From Octopus vulgaris (taxonomy: Eukaryota), in NCBI GenBank assembly GCA_951406725.2, contig OX597830.1, positions 40,610,001 to 40,674,000 on the forward strand: a stretch of 64,000 nt of DNA. The letters are read 5' to 3'. Under the pieces are notes generated by a model. That model was not told where the DNA came from, did no database searches, and saw only the letters and a list, made by a program, of their open reading frames with translations. This document shows positions 27,052 to 40,276 of the stretch, piece by piece; the first letter of the stretch is position 1, and every line of letters begins with the position of its first letter. A program made the position numbers and the translations under genes.

Positions 27052-27636
27052 AAACCTCTTAGGCTTCAAGCCACTTTTGACAGCTAAACCAACCCTCCCT
27101 AGCAAATAATTCAACTTGCTAGCATCTAGAGTTAATGTAAAGGTTATCAGAAAATGTGTGACTTCAGACTTCAAAAGCTGTTCTATCTTTCTTTGCACAG
27201 AAAGTCTGAAAGTAAACTCATTAAGTAGTAGTGCCTGCAGCAGACTAATTCAGGTAATGGAATGGTAATTTCAAAAAGTCCCCTTTAATCATTATCCAAA
27301 AATAATACAAACAGCGGAATGTGGATTTTAAATGATATTTAGCAGAGTGTGATACACGCTTTGGATGTGAATGATATCAAATAGGAAACAATGCTAAAGA
27401 ATTTTAAATGAGGAATGACAAAAGAAGTGTTACTTTGAGAGAAAGGCTTCATAATACTACAAGATGCTGTGTAATTTCTACTGTTTTCTCAAAGAGGTTG
27501 GTACGTTTAGAATTACGTTAAGAATAGTTTCTTCAAGGCAAAATAATCTTTCGATTGATTACCATCTTATTAAATTGAATGGTATGTATTAAATAACATA
27601 AATATTTAAACATGATTTAAGGAAAGAGGAGGGACA

Positions 27637-27640
<4 letters not shown>

Positions 27641-27676
<36 letters not shown>

Positions 27677-27719
27677 GGAGAGACAGCGAGAGAGAGAGAG
27701 AGAGAAATGGAGAGACAGC

Positions 27720-27750
<31 letters not shown>

Positions 27751-28250
27751 AGAGTCAACTGTAGTATTGAACTGGTATCACCTTTATTGACCCTGGGCAA
27801 TTGAGTGGGGCCAGAAGGGGAGGGAGAAGAAAGTGAAAAGAGAGAGGCAGAAGAGAGAGAGGCAGAAGAGAGAGAGGCAGAAGAGAGAGAGGCAGAGGAT
27901 AGAGAGTGAGAGAGAGAGAGGAGTCGACCTTAGCACTAAACTGATATTATATTTATTGACCCTGGGCCAATGAGAGGGGCCAGAAGGGGAGAGAGAAGAA
28001 AGAGTGAGAGAGAGAGACAGAGGAGAGAGAGTAAGAGAGAGGGGGAGAGAGAAAGGAGTCAGCCTTAGCACTGAACTAGTATTATATTTATTGACCCCCA
28101 ACAGGAGAAAGTTAAAGTTGATCTCAATATGATTTGAACTCACATTGCACTAAGGCTATTTCTGAGAGAGAAGGAGAGAAAGGGAAATAAGAAATGAGAG
28201 AAAGAGGGAGAGAAAACGGAGAAAGAGAGAAAAAAGAGAAAGAGAGATAG
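27641..28250. repeat. (GA)n-rich tract with three tandem copies of a SINE-B-derived unit
   Basis: agtc(a/g)..tag(t/c)a.t.aact.gtatta...ttattgaccc at about 27751, 27922 and 28057, separated by (GA)n. Confidence 0.7.
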
Positions 28251-28516
28251 ACTTTACATGGTCACTCAAGATTCTAAAAATAGCAGCTAAATCTCCATTG
28301 AACTATACACAAGGTTTGTTAAAGCTCATCCTTACTGCCTTATTTAATAGGCATTTAAAAAGGGCTAAGAAAGTAAAGCCCTACAGAAGATCTAGTGAGT
28401 GGGGCCCTAAGGCAGACATGTATGGTTATACATTGAAACCATGGTTTTATGATTGTGAGTATGGCACTCAAACCACAAGGCCACATGCCTTCAACTATGG
28501 TATATACACAGTTCTA

Positions 28517-28739
28517 TTAACCTTTTAGCATCTAAGCCAACCGTATCAGGCCCAAATTTTCCTCGTGTTGTATGTTCAAACTAGGTAGATCCAGCCTCTC
28601 ACAACTACAGTGTCATTGTAAAAACAAACAGTCACATCATTGAAATCTCAAATCTATGAGATAATGCATGATTAATTCAAAACAATGAAAATGAATATGT
28701 ATTACGGTTGACAGAATAATCTGAATGCTAAGGGGATAA
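28517..28739. mobile_element. TTAA-bounded MITE (piggyBac-like)
   Basis: ttaa ccttttagcat ... atgctaagggg ataa. Homologous to 55088-55317. Confidence 0.6.
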
Positions 28740-29628
28740 GTAAGAGTCCTTTAAATGAGAATGGAGACAGAAACAATCCAGAAGAATACATATAGTTGTT
28801 ATGATCAATGCTTGATAGAAAGCTTACACTGTCTCAGTTGTAAAATCTTTCAATATCAGTAATGTATCACTAGAATCCATTTGAATGAACACATACAGAA
28901 AGAAAAAAAATCTGTTAGGCATAGCATGTATAGACAAAGTGAGGGGAAAGTAGGTCACATATTTTGGTAAATGGATTCAGAAACTTTTTTTTTTTCACTT
29001 GTTGAGGTAAGAAAAAATTCCCTAAGCAGCGTTGATTTAACTAATTAACTGATTTAACTGGTATTAACTGGTATTTAATTGGTATTAAACAGGTATTAAA
29101 CATATCTCTAGTTGGGTTCCAACTCTCAATGCATGCCAGTAAAATATGTATTTCACAGAATATTTTGAAATTAAAAAAATAATGAAATTGAGGTGCAGAT
29201 GAGGCTGTGTGGTAAGAAGCTTGCTTCCCAACCACCTGGTTCCAGGTTCAGTTCTACTGTGTGGCATCTTGAACAAATGTCTTCTAAACAGACATTGGGG
29301 GCATGATGCAGTCTTTCGACCCACTGGACCCCATCAAACTGTCCAACCCAGGCTAGCATGAAACACGGACATTAACTGACAATGTTGATGATGATGATGA
29401 TGATGATGATGGTGGTGGAGGTGGTGGTGGTGGGTATGGTGGTGGTGGTGTTGGTGGGTATGGTGGTGGTGGTGGTGGTGGTGGTGGTGATAAAATGTTG
29501 AATGAGATCTAGAAAAAAAACTGGAGATTTCCCTTTTTTTTAGTTGGCTTCATACACACACACACATCACAACATGCTTATATTCACATGTAGAGAGCCC
29601 TACGAACACACACACAAACACACACACA

Positions 29629-29669
<41 letters not shown>

Positions 29670-30033
29670 CCATTCCATATAAGAAGAAGCTTCAGAAGAG
29701 AAGTCATAGTCTTATCTCTACTTTCTGTTTTCTATCAGCAGAACACAAAGTGTCTGCATGCCTGCTTGTCTGTCACCCACACTCTCTCAATACGTGTGTG
29801 TGTGTCTGTGTGTGTGTATTCACATGTGCACACACACACAAATATACAGAGAGAGAGAGTAAAGGTGATATATATATATATATATATATATATAGCGAAT
29901 GAATATATATATATTCAGTCTCACTGCTTGTAATTTTTATATTATATTTTTTTAAACTGATAAACTTAAATTATATTATCAGATGATTGAGACATTCAAA
30001 TTGAAGAAAAAATTTAAATTTCAAATTTGGTTT

Positions 30034-30128
<95 letters not shown>

Positions 30129-30135
30129 GTGTATG

Positions 30136-30188
<53 letters not shown>

Positions 30189-30805
30189 TGAGAGAGAGTG
30201 AGAGAGAGATGCACACACGCACATATTTTGTTAATTTAAAACTATTTTCATAGCTTTTAATAAATTCTAGCATGTTATTAATTTTACAAAAGAGTTTTAC
30301 AAAATAGACAAAACATGTTTGCACATAAACACACATGTATAAATACACACACAAACATACATAAGCGCGTTTGAGTGAGTATATAGATACACGTGCATAT
30401 GTATACATGTATGTCTGTACATATGTATACATACATACATATATATATACACTCACACACACATACATATATACATACATATGCATATACACTCATGCAG
30501 ACATACACATGTTTATATATATATATGTATGTATGTATATATGCATGTATGTATATACATATTTATTATGCACACACACATGCAATCAGGTATACGTACA
30601 TACATACATACATACAAATATAGACACCCATGCACACATAATCAAAATTTAATTTAAAGCCTTTTCAACAGCAACAATGTGTTAGATTTTAATTGGGTGG
30701 CAAGGTGGGGTGGACAGGGGTAAGGGTGGAGCAGGGAGAAATAAATTCGAAGTTATCTACAAAGTAAGTCTTTCAACTGAATGGAAGCCTAACAACCACA
30801 GAAAA

Positions 30806-31158
30806 GTGATGATGATGATGGTAACGGTGATGATGATGATGATGATGATGCAGACAACGACGATGACGACGATGAGGATGGCAATGGTGATAATGACGAT
30901 GATGTCAATGACAGTGTGATGATGATGATGATGATGATGACAATGTTGGTGATGATGATGATCATCATCATAATGATGATGATGAAGATGGTGGTGGTGA
31001 TGACAACGGTACACTGCTTATGATAATGGTAATGATGATGACAATATGATGATGATGATGTTGATGATAATGATGATGGTCGTGGTGGTGGTAATGATGA
31101 TGATGATGATAGTAGTGATGTCTGTGGTGGTGGCGGTGATGACAATGAAGATAACAAC
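30806..31158. repeat. Degenerate (GAT/GGT)n tract
   Basis: Seen directly. Confidence 0.9.
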
Positions 31159-31437
31159 AAAAGGTGAAAAGAAAGACAGTCGTGGATAAGAATGAGTCTG
31201 TGTTAACAAGTTGAAACAACAGACTCTGTTAAGAGTTAAATCTATTACATTTAAACTTCAATAATTAAATTAAATTTATTGTTGTTTAAACTAGGATTGA
31301 GTGGTGAATAAAATTCGAAACCTGCTGATTGTAAAGAGTGACTCTTATGAGACAGCAAGTGAGAAGCTTTGTGTTATTTAAATCTTTATGGAGACATTTG
31401 GAGTGTAATGGCTGTGCTCTGTTAATTCGGTTCAACA

Positions 31438-31625
31438 GGGTACAGGTGTGGCCGTGTGGTAAGAAGCTTGCTTCCCAACCACATGATTCCAGGTTCACTC
31501 TCACTGCATGGCACCTTGGTCAAGTGTTTTATACTATAGCCTCAGGCCAACCAAAGCCTTGTAAGTGGATTTGGAACCATGTGGTTGGTAAGCAAGCTAC
31601 TTACTACACAGCCACTCCTATGCCT
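31438..31625. mobile_element. Two SINE A heads fused in opposite orientation
   Basis: Plus-strand head 31438-31572 joins directly to a minus-strand head 31573-31625. Confidence 0.7.
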
Positions 31626-31699
31626 ATGAGTAGCGGAAGAACTAATTAGCAACCAAGAAGAGGCGATTAGTAAAGCCATCGGAATTCTACAAGTTCATG

Positions 31700-32030
31700 C
31701 CACATTTGTTTGGTAACCACTCAACTCCCATAACTGGCAGCAAAATGGGAGAATTCTTAGTGTTGTGAGTCAGGAAGTGATAAAGCTGCTGAAAAAAAGG
31801 ATGCTGATAAATGAGATGTGCTAGGTAATTTTCATCCCATAGCTCTACTAAACACAGAGTTTAAGGTTATAACCATGGTGTTAGCAAAATGGTTGGTACT
31901 TGTCATTAATGACCTGGTCAGGGAAGTGCAAATGTGCATGCTTCCAAACAGGTATATACATGACAGCCTCCACCTTCTGTGGTACATGATAAGTGGGGTT
32001 CTGATCAATTCGGATCAGTCAAAAGCTTGG
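31700..32030 (+). pseudogene. Tx1/L1-clade LINE reverse transcriptase fragment
   Basis: ORF 31818..32042 reads NFHPIALLNTEFKVITMVLAKWL..LVREVQMCMLPNRYIHDSL, matching N.RPISLLN.DYKI..K.LA.RL..Q..F.PGR.I.DN. Confidence 0.75.
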
Positions 32031-32629
32031 AAGTCATCCTGAAATCAGCCATCTCTCAAGTTCACTTACTTGGTCAGGCTAGGGCTAGAGAAGCCATCCT
32101 GAAATCGGTCATCTTCCAAATTCACTCGCAAAGCATTGGTCAAGCTAAGGCTACAGTAGAAGACAATGGCTAAAAGTGTCATGCAATGAGACTGAACCCA
32201 CAGCTATATAGTTGCAAAGCAGGCTACTTAACCAGGCACCCATACCAGCATTTTTATGTTCTGAATTCAAATGCCACCAATGTCAACTTTGAGTTTCCTC
32301 CTTCTAGGGTCAATAAAAGAAAATTTTGGTCAAATATTCAGGGTTGATTTATGTTCTTTTATAATGTATCCTAGATGCAAAAGGAATTCTAAATGCAGGA
32401 AAAGTAGCCTTTATTTGAAAAACGATTATAGCTGACATGAAGAAACAGTCAATCAATTCACTCAGTCGTTAGTCTTTGTTATTAATAAATGATATTCTTT
32501 ATGACTCAAATAATTTATTCATTCTTCAGTAAATAGCTTATCTCTACATACTGGAGTCATTTTAATTTACTTCCTCATTATCTTCCTTATCATCACCATC
32601 ATCATCAGTATCATCATCATTATTATTAT

Positions 32630-33335
32630 TGATAGGGTGGTGAACCAGCAGAATCATTAGCACACCAGATGAAATGCTTCATGGTATTTTGACCATCTTC
32701 ACATTCCGAGTTCAAATTCTGCTGTGGCTGATTTTGCTTTTCATCTTTTCGGGGTCGATAAAATAAGTACCAGTTACGCACTGGGATTGATGTAATCAAC
32801 ACATTCCCTCTCTCAAAACAGCTGTGGCAAAATTTCAACCCATTATTATTATTATTATTATTCTCGACTCAAAGCACAAGGCCAAAAATTTGGGGGTGTG
32901 CAGTCGATTAGGTCGACCTCAGTATGCAACTGGTACTTAATTTATCAACCCTGAAAGGATGAAAGGCAAAGTCAACCTCGGCAGAATTTGAACTCAGAAT
33001 GTAAAGACAGACAAAAGTCATTATTATTATTATTGATATGAATAATTTCGAAGGTGACAAGCTGGCAGAATCATTAGTGTATAAGACAAAATGCATTTCT
33101 TCTGCTTTTAGATTCTAAGTTCAAATTCTGCTGAGGTCAACTTTGCCTTTCACCCATTCAGGGTTGAAGAAATAGTACCAGCTGAGCACTGGGGTCGATG
33201 TAATCACTAGCTCCCTGCTTCAAAATTTCAGACCTTGTACCTATAGTAGAAACTATCATACCAGTTGAGTATTAGGGTTGATATCATTGACTTACCCCTC
33301 CACCAAATTCCAGGCTTTGTGTCTATAATAGAAAG
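32630..33335. mobile_element. Cluster of SINE B copies (+32630-32810, -32875-33010, +33052-33250)
   Basis: Repeated core CTTTGCCTTTCATCCTTTC.GGGTCGATAAA.TAAGTACCAG in both orientations, separated by (ATT)n. Confidence 0.8.
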
Positions 33336-33336
33336 G

Positions 33337-33404
<68 letters not shown>

Positions 33405-33633
33405 TGCTTGACTTTTGCTATGTATTTGGACAAGTTGACACCAAGTCTCGCCCAGAGACCTCAAGAGACAAGTTAGAAGTTCAAGTTGGTGCTATGCCTA
33501 GGGTGTCATATATTTGGTTTTGACATATTATCGTTCTAGAGAATGTTTAAGAAAACATAAGAAAATTTGTTTTAAAATTTGAGATTACATAGAAGGTATT
33601 TTACGTAGGATATGGGAAGTTCCCATGAGCAAT
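33337..33633 (-). mobile_element. 3' end of an R4/Dong-clade LINE with an (AAT)n tail
   Basis: Minus strand encodes LLMGTSHILRKIPSM* (R4 C-terminal LLGTAHILRK motif). A 3'UTR with GAGGTCTCTGGGCGAGACTTG follows, then a long (AAT)n. Dong elements are known to target (TAA)n. Confidence 0.75.
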
Positions 33634-33937
33634 CATCGTCATTGTCCTCATCCTCATCATCATCATTGTCATCATAATCATTATCATTATTATTATGGCA
33701 ATGAGCTGGCAGAACCATTAAGACACTGGACATGCTAATTTAATGAGACAGATGTACAGGTGATTGAAGAACGCATTGTCCTATATGAAAAAATTAATTT
33801 GTAGAACACAACTGAAGATTTGACTAATTACATAAATTTCATAGATCACAGCTGATCAACAACAGACAGATTAAACAGTGGTGGGAGTACAATATGCCCA
33901 ACCTGCAACACAACACTCATATGATTAATCAATATGA

Positions 33938-34582
33938 TTAAGGTGGCTGTGTGGTAAGTAGCTTGCTAACCAACCACATGGTTCCGGGTTCAGTCCCACT
34001 GCGTGGCATCTTGGGCAAGTGTCTTCTGCTATAGCCCCGGGCCGACCAATGCCTTGTGAGTGGATTTGGTAGACGGAGACTGAAAGAAGCCTGTCGTATA
34101 TATGTATATATAAATATATATATATGTGTGTGTGTGTATGTGTTTGTCTGTGTTTGTCCCCCTAGCAATGCTTGACAACCGATGCTGGTGTGTTTACGTC
34201 CCCGTCACTTAGCAGTTCGGCAAAAGAGACCGATAGAATAAGTACTGGGCTTACAAAGAATAAGTCCTGGGGTCGATTTGCTCAACTAAAGGTGGTACTC
34301 TAGCATGGCCACAGTCAAAGGACTGAAACAAGTAAAAGAGTAATTAGAGAGTAGCGAGCTGACAGAATTGTTAGCACTCCAGGTGAAATGCTTAACGGTA
34401 TTTCATCAGCCATTACATTCTGAGTTCAAATTCTGCCAAGGTTGAGTTTGCCTTCCATCCTTTCGGGGTCAATTAAATAAGCACCAGTTATGCACTGGGG
34501 TCAATGTAATCAACTTAATCCCTTTGTCTGTCCCTGTTTGTCCCCGCTATGTTTACCCCCCTGTGGGCAATAAAGAAATAAA
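33938..34582 (+). mobile_element. SINE A (33941-34340) joined to SINE B (34350-34582), sharing one flanking direct repeat
   Basis: atatgattaatcaa occurs at about 33920 and 34583. Both bodies are near full length. Confidence 0.8.
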
Positions 34583-35161
34583 TATGATTAATCAAATACA
34601 TGTCAGGGGGTACATTATGCTTATTACTTAGGTCTCTGCCTGGCTGAATATATCATGGTATATCTGGAAGATTAAAGAAAATCTATGGAGGGTTATACCA
34701 ATGTTTCTGCCTATTACTTACGTAGCCTAGACCTACTCAATCAGAGCTGACCTGGGGTTATACAACAGCAAGAACAATAACAACAACAACTTGAGTTATT
34801 TCTTTCTAGTTTCTATTGCAGTTATCTAATCACTTATATTTTATTTAATCTATCAATCAATCACTATGTCAAAATTAAATGAATTTGGGATCATCATTGG
34901 CTACAGAACTTTACCAGTCTGAGAGCACTGCTGTAAGATTCCCTAAAAAATAAAAAAGGTAAGGGGTTAGAATAAATTAATTTAAGATTTCCCAATTATT
35001 TATTAATTGCAATTCAGTTTGTTCATATCTGTTGTTTGTCATATTTATTTGTTTGTCTTTTTTTTATTTCTCAGTAATGGAGTCACTCTATGTATGTGAG
35101 AACCTGTGTGCGTGTGTGAGTGTGTGTATGTGTGCATGTGTGAGTGAGTGTATGTATGTAT

Positions 35162-35196
<35 letters not shown>

Positions 35197-35555
35197 GACA
35201 TATATACATAGGTGATGGGCTTCTTTCAGTTTCCATCTACAGAATTCCCTAACGAGGCTGTTGTTGAATACACTAATCTAAGGTGCTACACAGTGGGACT
35301 GAACCCAAAACCATGCGATTGGGAAGCGAACGTCTTTTACCACACAGCCATATATGTAAAAAGTACCCAGGCTGGTGCCATGTAAAAAGCACCCAGTACA
35401 TTCTGTAAGGTGGTCAGCATTAGGAAGGACATTGAGCTGTGAAAACCATGCCAAAACAGACAACTGGAACTTGGTGGAGCTGCTGTCAAACCATCCAACC
35501 CATGCCAGCATAGAAAACAATTGTTATACAATAATGATGATGATGGTGATGACAA

Positions 35556-35631
<76 letters not shown>

Positions 35632-35635
<4 letters not shown>

Positions 35636-35981
35636 GTTCCGAAGAAGCACGTTGTTACCGAAATGCAATTCGAAAAAGCCCGCCGTTTACATAGGTGTAT
35701 GAGGGGTGAACATTTCCAAATGCTACGATGGAGGCGATGGGTGTCTATCTGGTATGTTGTTTTTGTTCATTCATGATATATCTTGGATTCACTTCACTGA
35801 AGAGCAAGGGACGCGGATACTGCGTTGATTGCGAAATCACAGGTGATCTGGAGCTAAATTCTGTTTTTAAATGACTCGCTTTGAGAATTTCATTCGATAC
35901 GATTTGTTTATATTTGGTAGTTATGACTTTAAAAGTCTCTCCTAGCGTGCGGCATTTGTGTGTAATAATGCCCACTATATA

Positions 35982-35985
<4 letters not shown>
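35632..35985 (+). mobile_element. CpG-retaining, apparently young PLE-like fragment embedded in (TA)n
   Basis: About 350 bp of complex sequence between two long pure (TA)n tracts. It contains a canonical hammerhead. Confidence 0.6.
35792..35853 (+). ncRNA. Type I hammerhead ribozyme with canonical core; predicted cleavage after AUC (35848)
   Basis: cttca CTGAAGA GCAA-gg-GACGCGG-ata-CTGCGTT-ga-TTGC GAAA TCAC-AG-GTGA TC tggag. All conserved core positions are present and stems I, II and III pair. Confidence 0.85.
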
Positions 35986-36044
<59 letters not shown>

Positions 36045-36309
36045 CATACTCTAGGTATGGCAGATGAGTTCAGTAAATAATTTAGATTCAGATGAATATG
36101 ATACTTAAGCTGAGGCACCAGAATTTACTATGATGTTGTTGGTAAAACATGTTCCTTGTCTATCTCCTTAACTTCTTGGAGATTTGGGGTAAAATTATAC
36201 TAATGTGTCCTTCTAATTTAATTAAATTCTATGTCTTTGTGTAGCTGAAGATTGCTCTACATTTTAAACTGCATCACCTCTGGATATCCTTGTTGCTTAT
36301 TTTGATTAT

Positions 36310-36388
<79 letters not shown>

Positions 36389-36418
36389 ATAGATTATATA
36401 TACGCACATACATTTACA

Positions 36419-36460
<42 letters not shown>

Positions 36461-36472
36461 TATATATACATA

Positions 36473-36503
<31 letters not shown>

Positions 36504-36848
36504 ATATAGTCTATAAACTAATGACATAACTTATAAATGAACATTCACAGAAAAAGAGAGATTAGACCAGAAGCAACAGACATCTTTATGAATACAGGCG
36601 ATATTTTTTCTGGGGGGTGGGGAGTGCTTGTTGAAGCAATTAGTATGTTGCTCTCCCTCCCAGAGGATATCAGATGTTGGATTGCTGCTTTCTACAATGA
36701 ATATCTATTTAGACAATGTCATTGGTTAACTATACAATAATAGGCTTTGTGTGTGTGTGGGGGGGGGTGAGAGACAGAGAGAGAGAGAGAGAAAGAAAGA
36801 GTGGATAGGTTCATGAATACAATCATATATATACATATATATATATAT

Positions 36849-36914
<66 letters not shown>

Positions 36915-37052
36915 ATGTATGTAGAGTCTCATTAGTCATCAGGAAAATAATTAAAAATTTACAAAAGAATTTTCAAATCTTTTTCCTAATCTATATACAG
37001 TAGTAGTATTAGTAATAATAATGATGATGGTGGCGGGTGATGATGATGGTGG

Positions 37053-37083
<31 letters not shown>

Positions 37084-37342
37084 GGTGATGATGATGATGA
37101 TGATGATGATGATGGCAGTGGTGGTGGTGGTGGTGGTAGCAGCAATAATGATGATATTTGAACAAATTTGGAATACAAAAACACTGTGTTTAAAAAAGGT
37201 CATAATAACATTATTAATAATAATAAGAAGAAGGACATCTATATTTATCATGATGAATAATTTTATTTGCTGTTAGAAAAGAAACACAGTTTGTCATCTA
37301 TAGTGTGTGTATGTGTGTATTATATATATATATGTGGATATG

Positions 37343-37394
<52 letters not shown>

Positions 37395-37416
37395 TGTGTG
37401 TGTCTGTATGTGCATA

Positions 37417-37451
<35 letters not shown>

Positions 37452-37663
37452 AGAGAGAGAGATATGCATATGTACATACACATACATTTTCATAAATATA
37501 TAAATATATATATATATAGAGAGAGAGAGAGAGCGAGAGAGAGAGAGAGAGCAAGATAGATAGATAGATAGATAGATATGCACATACACAAACATACATT
37601 TATGCATACCAACATGAATACACATATATAACTACACATATATACACACATGTATGACATGAC

Positions 37664-37709
<46 letters not shown>

Positions 37710-37905
37710 TGTATGAACAGAGAATGAATTCCTTGAAGCAAAAAAAAAATCTATATATATCATTAAGACATATATGTGTGTGTGTGTGTGTGTGTGAAGA
37801 AGAAAAAATTTTAACATAAAATATAAAAGAAATGTGCTTTCGACAAGAGGTCACGATAAGAAAAACAAGGACAACAACACCAACCAAAACGAAGACCACT
37901 ACCAC

Positions 37906-37969
<64 letters not shown>

Positions 37970-38060
37970 ACAGACATTTTCAGGATTTCCTATTATATTC
38001 AGAATGGTGCAGAGTAGTTTTAGTGATTCCATTTATCAATTATCAATTTACTTATAATAC

Positions 38061-38062
<2 letters not shown>

Positions 38063-38158
<96 letters not shown>

Positions 38159-38259
38159 CAGCAGCAGTAGTAGCAGCAGCAGCAGTAGTAGTAGTAGTAG
38201 TAGCAGCAGCGGTAGTAGATGTGTTAGTATTGGTAGCAGTGGTGGTGGTGGTGGTAGTG

Positions 38260-38311
<52 letters not shown>

Positions 38312-38360
38312 CAGCAGCGGCAGCAGCAGCGGCAGCAGCAGCGGCAGCAGCAGCAGCAGC
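38063..38360. repeat. Compound (GTA)n/(GCA)n/(GTG)n triplet array
   Basis: Seen directly. Confidence 0.95.
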
Positions 38361-39329
38361 TCTGTTTTTATGATTTGCTGCCTTTGATATGTCATATTGA
38401 TAAGCTTGTACACCAGAATAAAGACATGCAATAAATATATGGATCTATATAATAATAATAATAATAATAATGATGATAATGATGATGATGATGATAACAC
38501 CAGAACTATTTTTAAAAGAAGGCACTCACTGCTTTTGTGATTCCAGCCAGTAATTCTTGAAATGGAAATGAATTATCTCTGAACTTTACTTTCTGTCTTA
38601 ACAATAGGAATAGAAACAGCCAGTGTTTCCATGTGTATGAAGAATGAGATGCAGGATGGAGACAGAGGTGAGATTATAGTATGGTGAAACAGAGTTTTGG
38701 TTCTTAAAATGCTCCTAGAAATCGGGGGTGAGTGCTGCAGCTGGCCGACTGAACAGATTTGTTAGTAGAGCGTCTAACAGTTTGAAGGTTTGTATCATAT
38801 TGTAACTTCCAGCCAACTCCTAGAAGTCAGAGGAGCATCACTACAATACATACAGAATATCATGGCATTTTGTGGAGCATTCTGTTTCTCAGACCTGTAG
38901 CAAAAATGTCTATGGTAAAGCTTAATGATATCTGGAATATCCCAACTAATTTAAACACAAGGCTAGTGTGAGCATTCATTTGGCCAGTAGGCCTTTATGG
39001 TTGTGAAGCATAAAGAATGCCAAAGACCAAGGGGCATGGGGGTAAAAAAAAATCTAATGACTACCAGCTTCCCACCTTAATTATGATGTATCACTTCAAA
39101 GAACTCTTAGTGGAAAAAGACTGGAAAACACACATAAGTAAATGTGAAACTGGTCGATTAGCAGAATTGTTAGAAAGTGTTGGAGAAAATGTTTTGTGGT
39201 ATCTGCAGGAATACCTAGAGAAATACCAAGAGGGTCTTTTTGTTTTCTTTTTCTTTTTCGTGGAGGGAGAAAATAAGACATGATAAGATAATGTTTAGTA
39301 GAAAAAGATAAGCCTAAGCTAATTTCATG

Positions 39330-40276
39330 ACAAGCAAGGGACAAATTTTGATAGCCAAGGCCAAGGATAACTACTTGGTGAAAGCAAGGAAGCTCCTGAA
39401 CAAGGAAGCATCCTGTTGAACTGAGAATGATCTAGTTCTACTTGGTTCTTTTCAGATGAAAAGAAATTCGGCCAGGACCAGTTGCACAGCAACCAGAAAA
39501 ACTGGTGGCTTGCCAACAATCCAAGTGATGTGCAACGTTGAAAATCAGGTTCCTCCAAACTGTGATGGTTTGTTGGTGTGTTTCCAATTAGGGTGACATC
39601 ATGCTGCCCTACATCTTTAAACAGGGCCTTAGGCCCAATTTAGATGAATATGTGAAACTGCTGGAGAGAATGGTCAAACCCTGGCTGGAGAGGGTTTCTG
39701 CTGGAAGACCATATGTGTGGCAGCAGGATTCAGCTTCTTGTCAAGCCTCCGGAAAGAGTCAGAAGTAGTTGTAGGAGAATTTCAACAACTTCACTAGCCC
39801 CAATTCCTGGTAAAAAAAAGGGGTAGAAGCCAGCCCTTATAAATAGACCAGTTATCAACCGGCTGTCAAGAGCGGGTCAAGAATCAATAGCTCTAGTCGG
39901 TGTCTTGTGAAGCTATCAGTGATACTAAGACAGAAGAAGTTAGTGTATTATTATTCCAGTATGAAGAGATACAACAGTATCTGATGACTAGTAACTATTG
40001 TGGCTACTAGTGTAAAACAGCAACTACAGTACAATGGCAGTCACACATCACACAAGTGGGAGGAACTCACTTAACAACAAATCCCATTGGTTACAATGTC
40101 TGAGGTGCAGTTGAAAAAGACACCAACCACTCTGCCTAGAACACCAAAACCAAGCTGGCGGCCGAGATCAAGGAGAAGTTTGAATATTTTCCAAGGGATA
40201 CAGTGAGGAATGCATGCACCAAATTCCAGAGTCATCTTGAGGCCATGGTGCAAGCTGAGGTCGGTTACTTCAATAA
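39330..40276 (+). pseudogene. Decayed maT/DD37D transposase catalytic region, split by about 250 bp of unrelated sequence (39811-40063)
   Basis: WFFSDEKKF..QTVMV..GDIMLPYIF..VKPWLERVSAGRPYVWQQDSA..SPNSW, then NS..NPIGYNV.GAVEKDTN..TVRNACTKFQSHLEAMVQAEVGYFN. Several stops and frameshifts. Confidence 0.85.

Noticed and set aside
27181-27259. Possible 53-bp exon (polypyrimidine-CACAG ... CAG/GTAATG) in non-repetitive sequence
   Set aside because: Only one short open frame with no recognisable motif. Such signals arise by chance, so RNA-seq would be needed.
35636-35680. CCGAAGAAG..CCGAAATGC as a second hammerhead in the same fragment
   Set aside because: U4 is changed and the stems are poor; the clean motif is at 35792.
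38023-38500. Poly-Val/Ala and poly-Leu ORFs (possible polyQ/S exon in another frame)
   Set aside because: Pure compound microsatellite without flanking complex coding sequence or convincing splice context.
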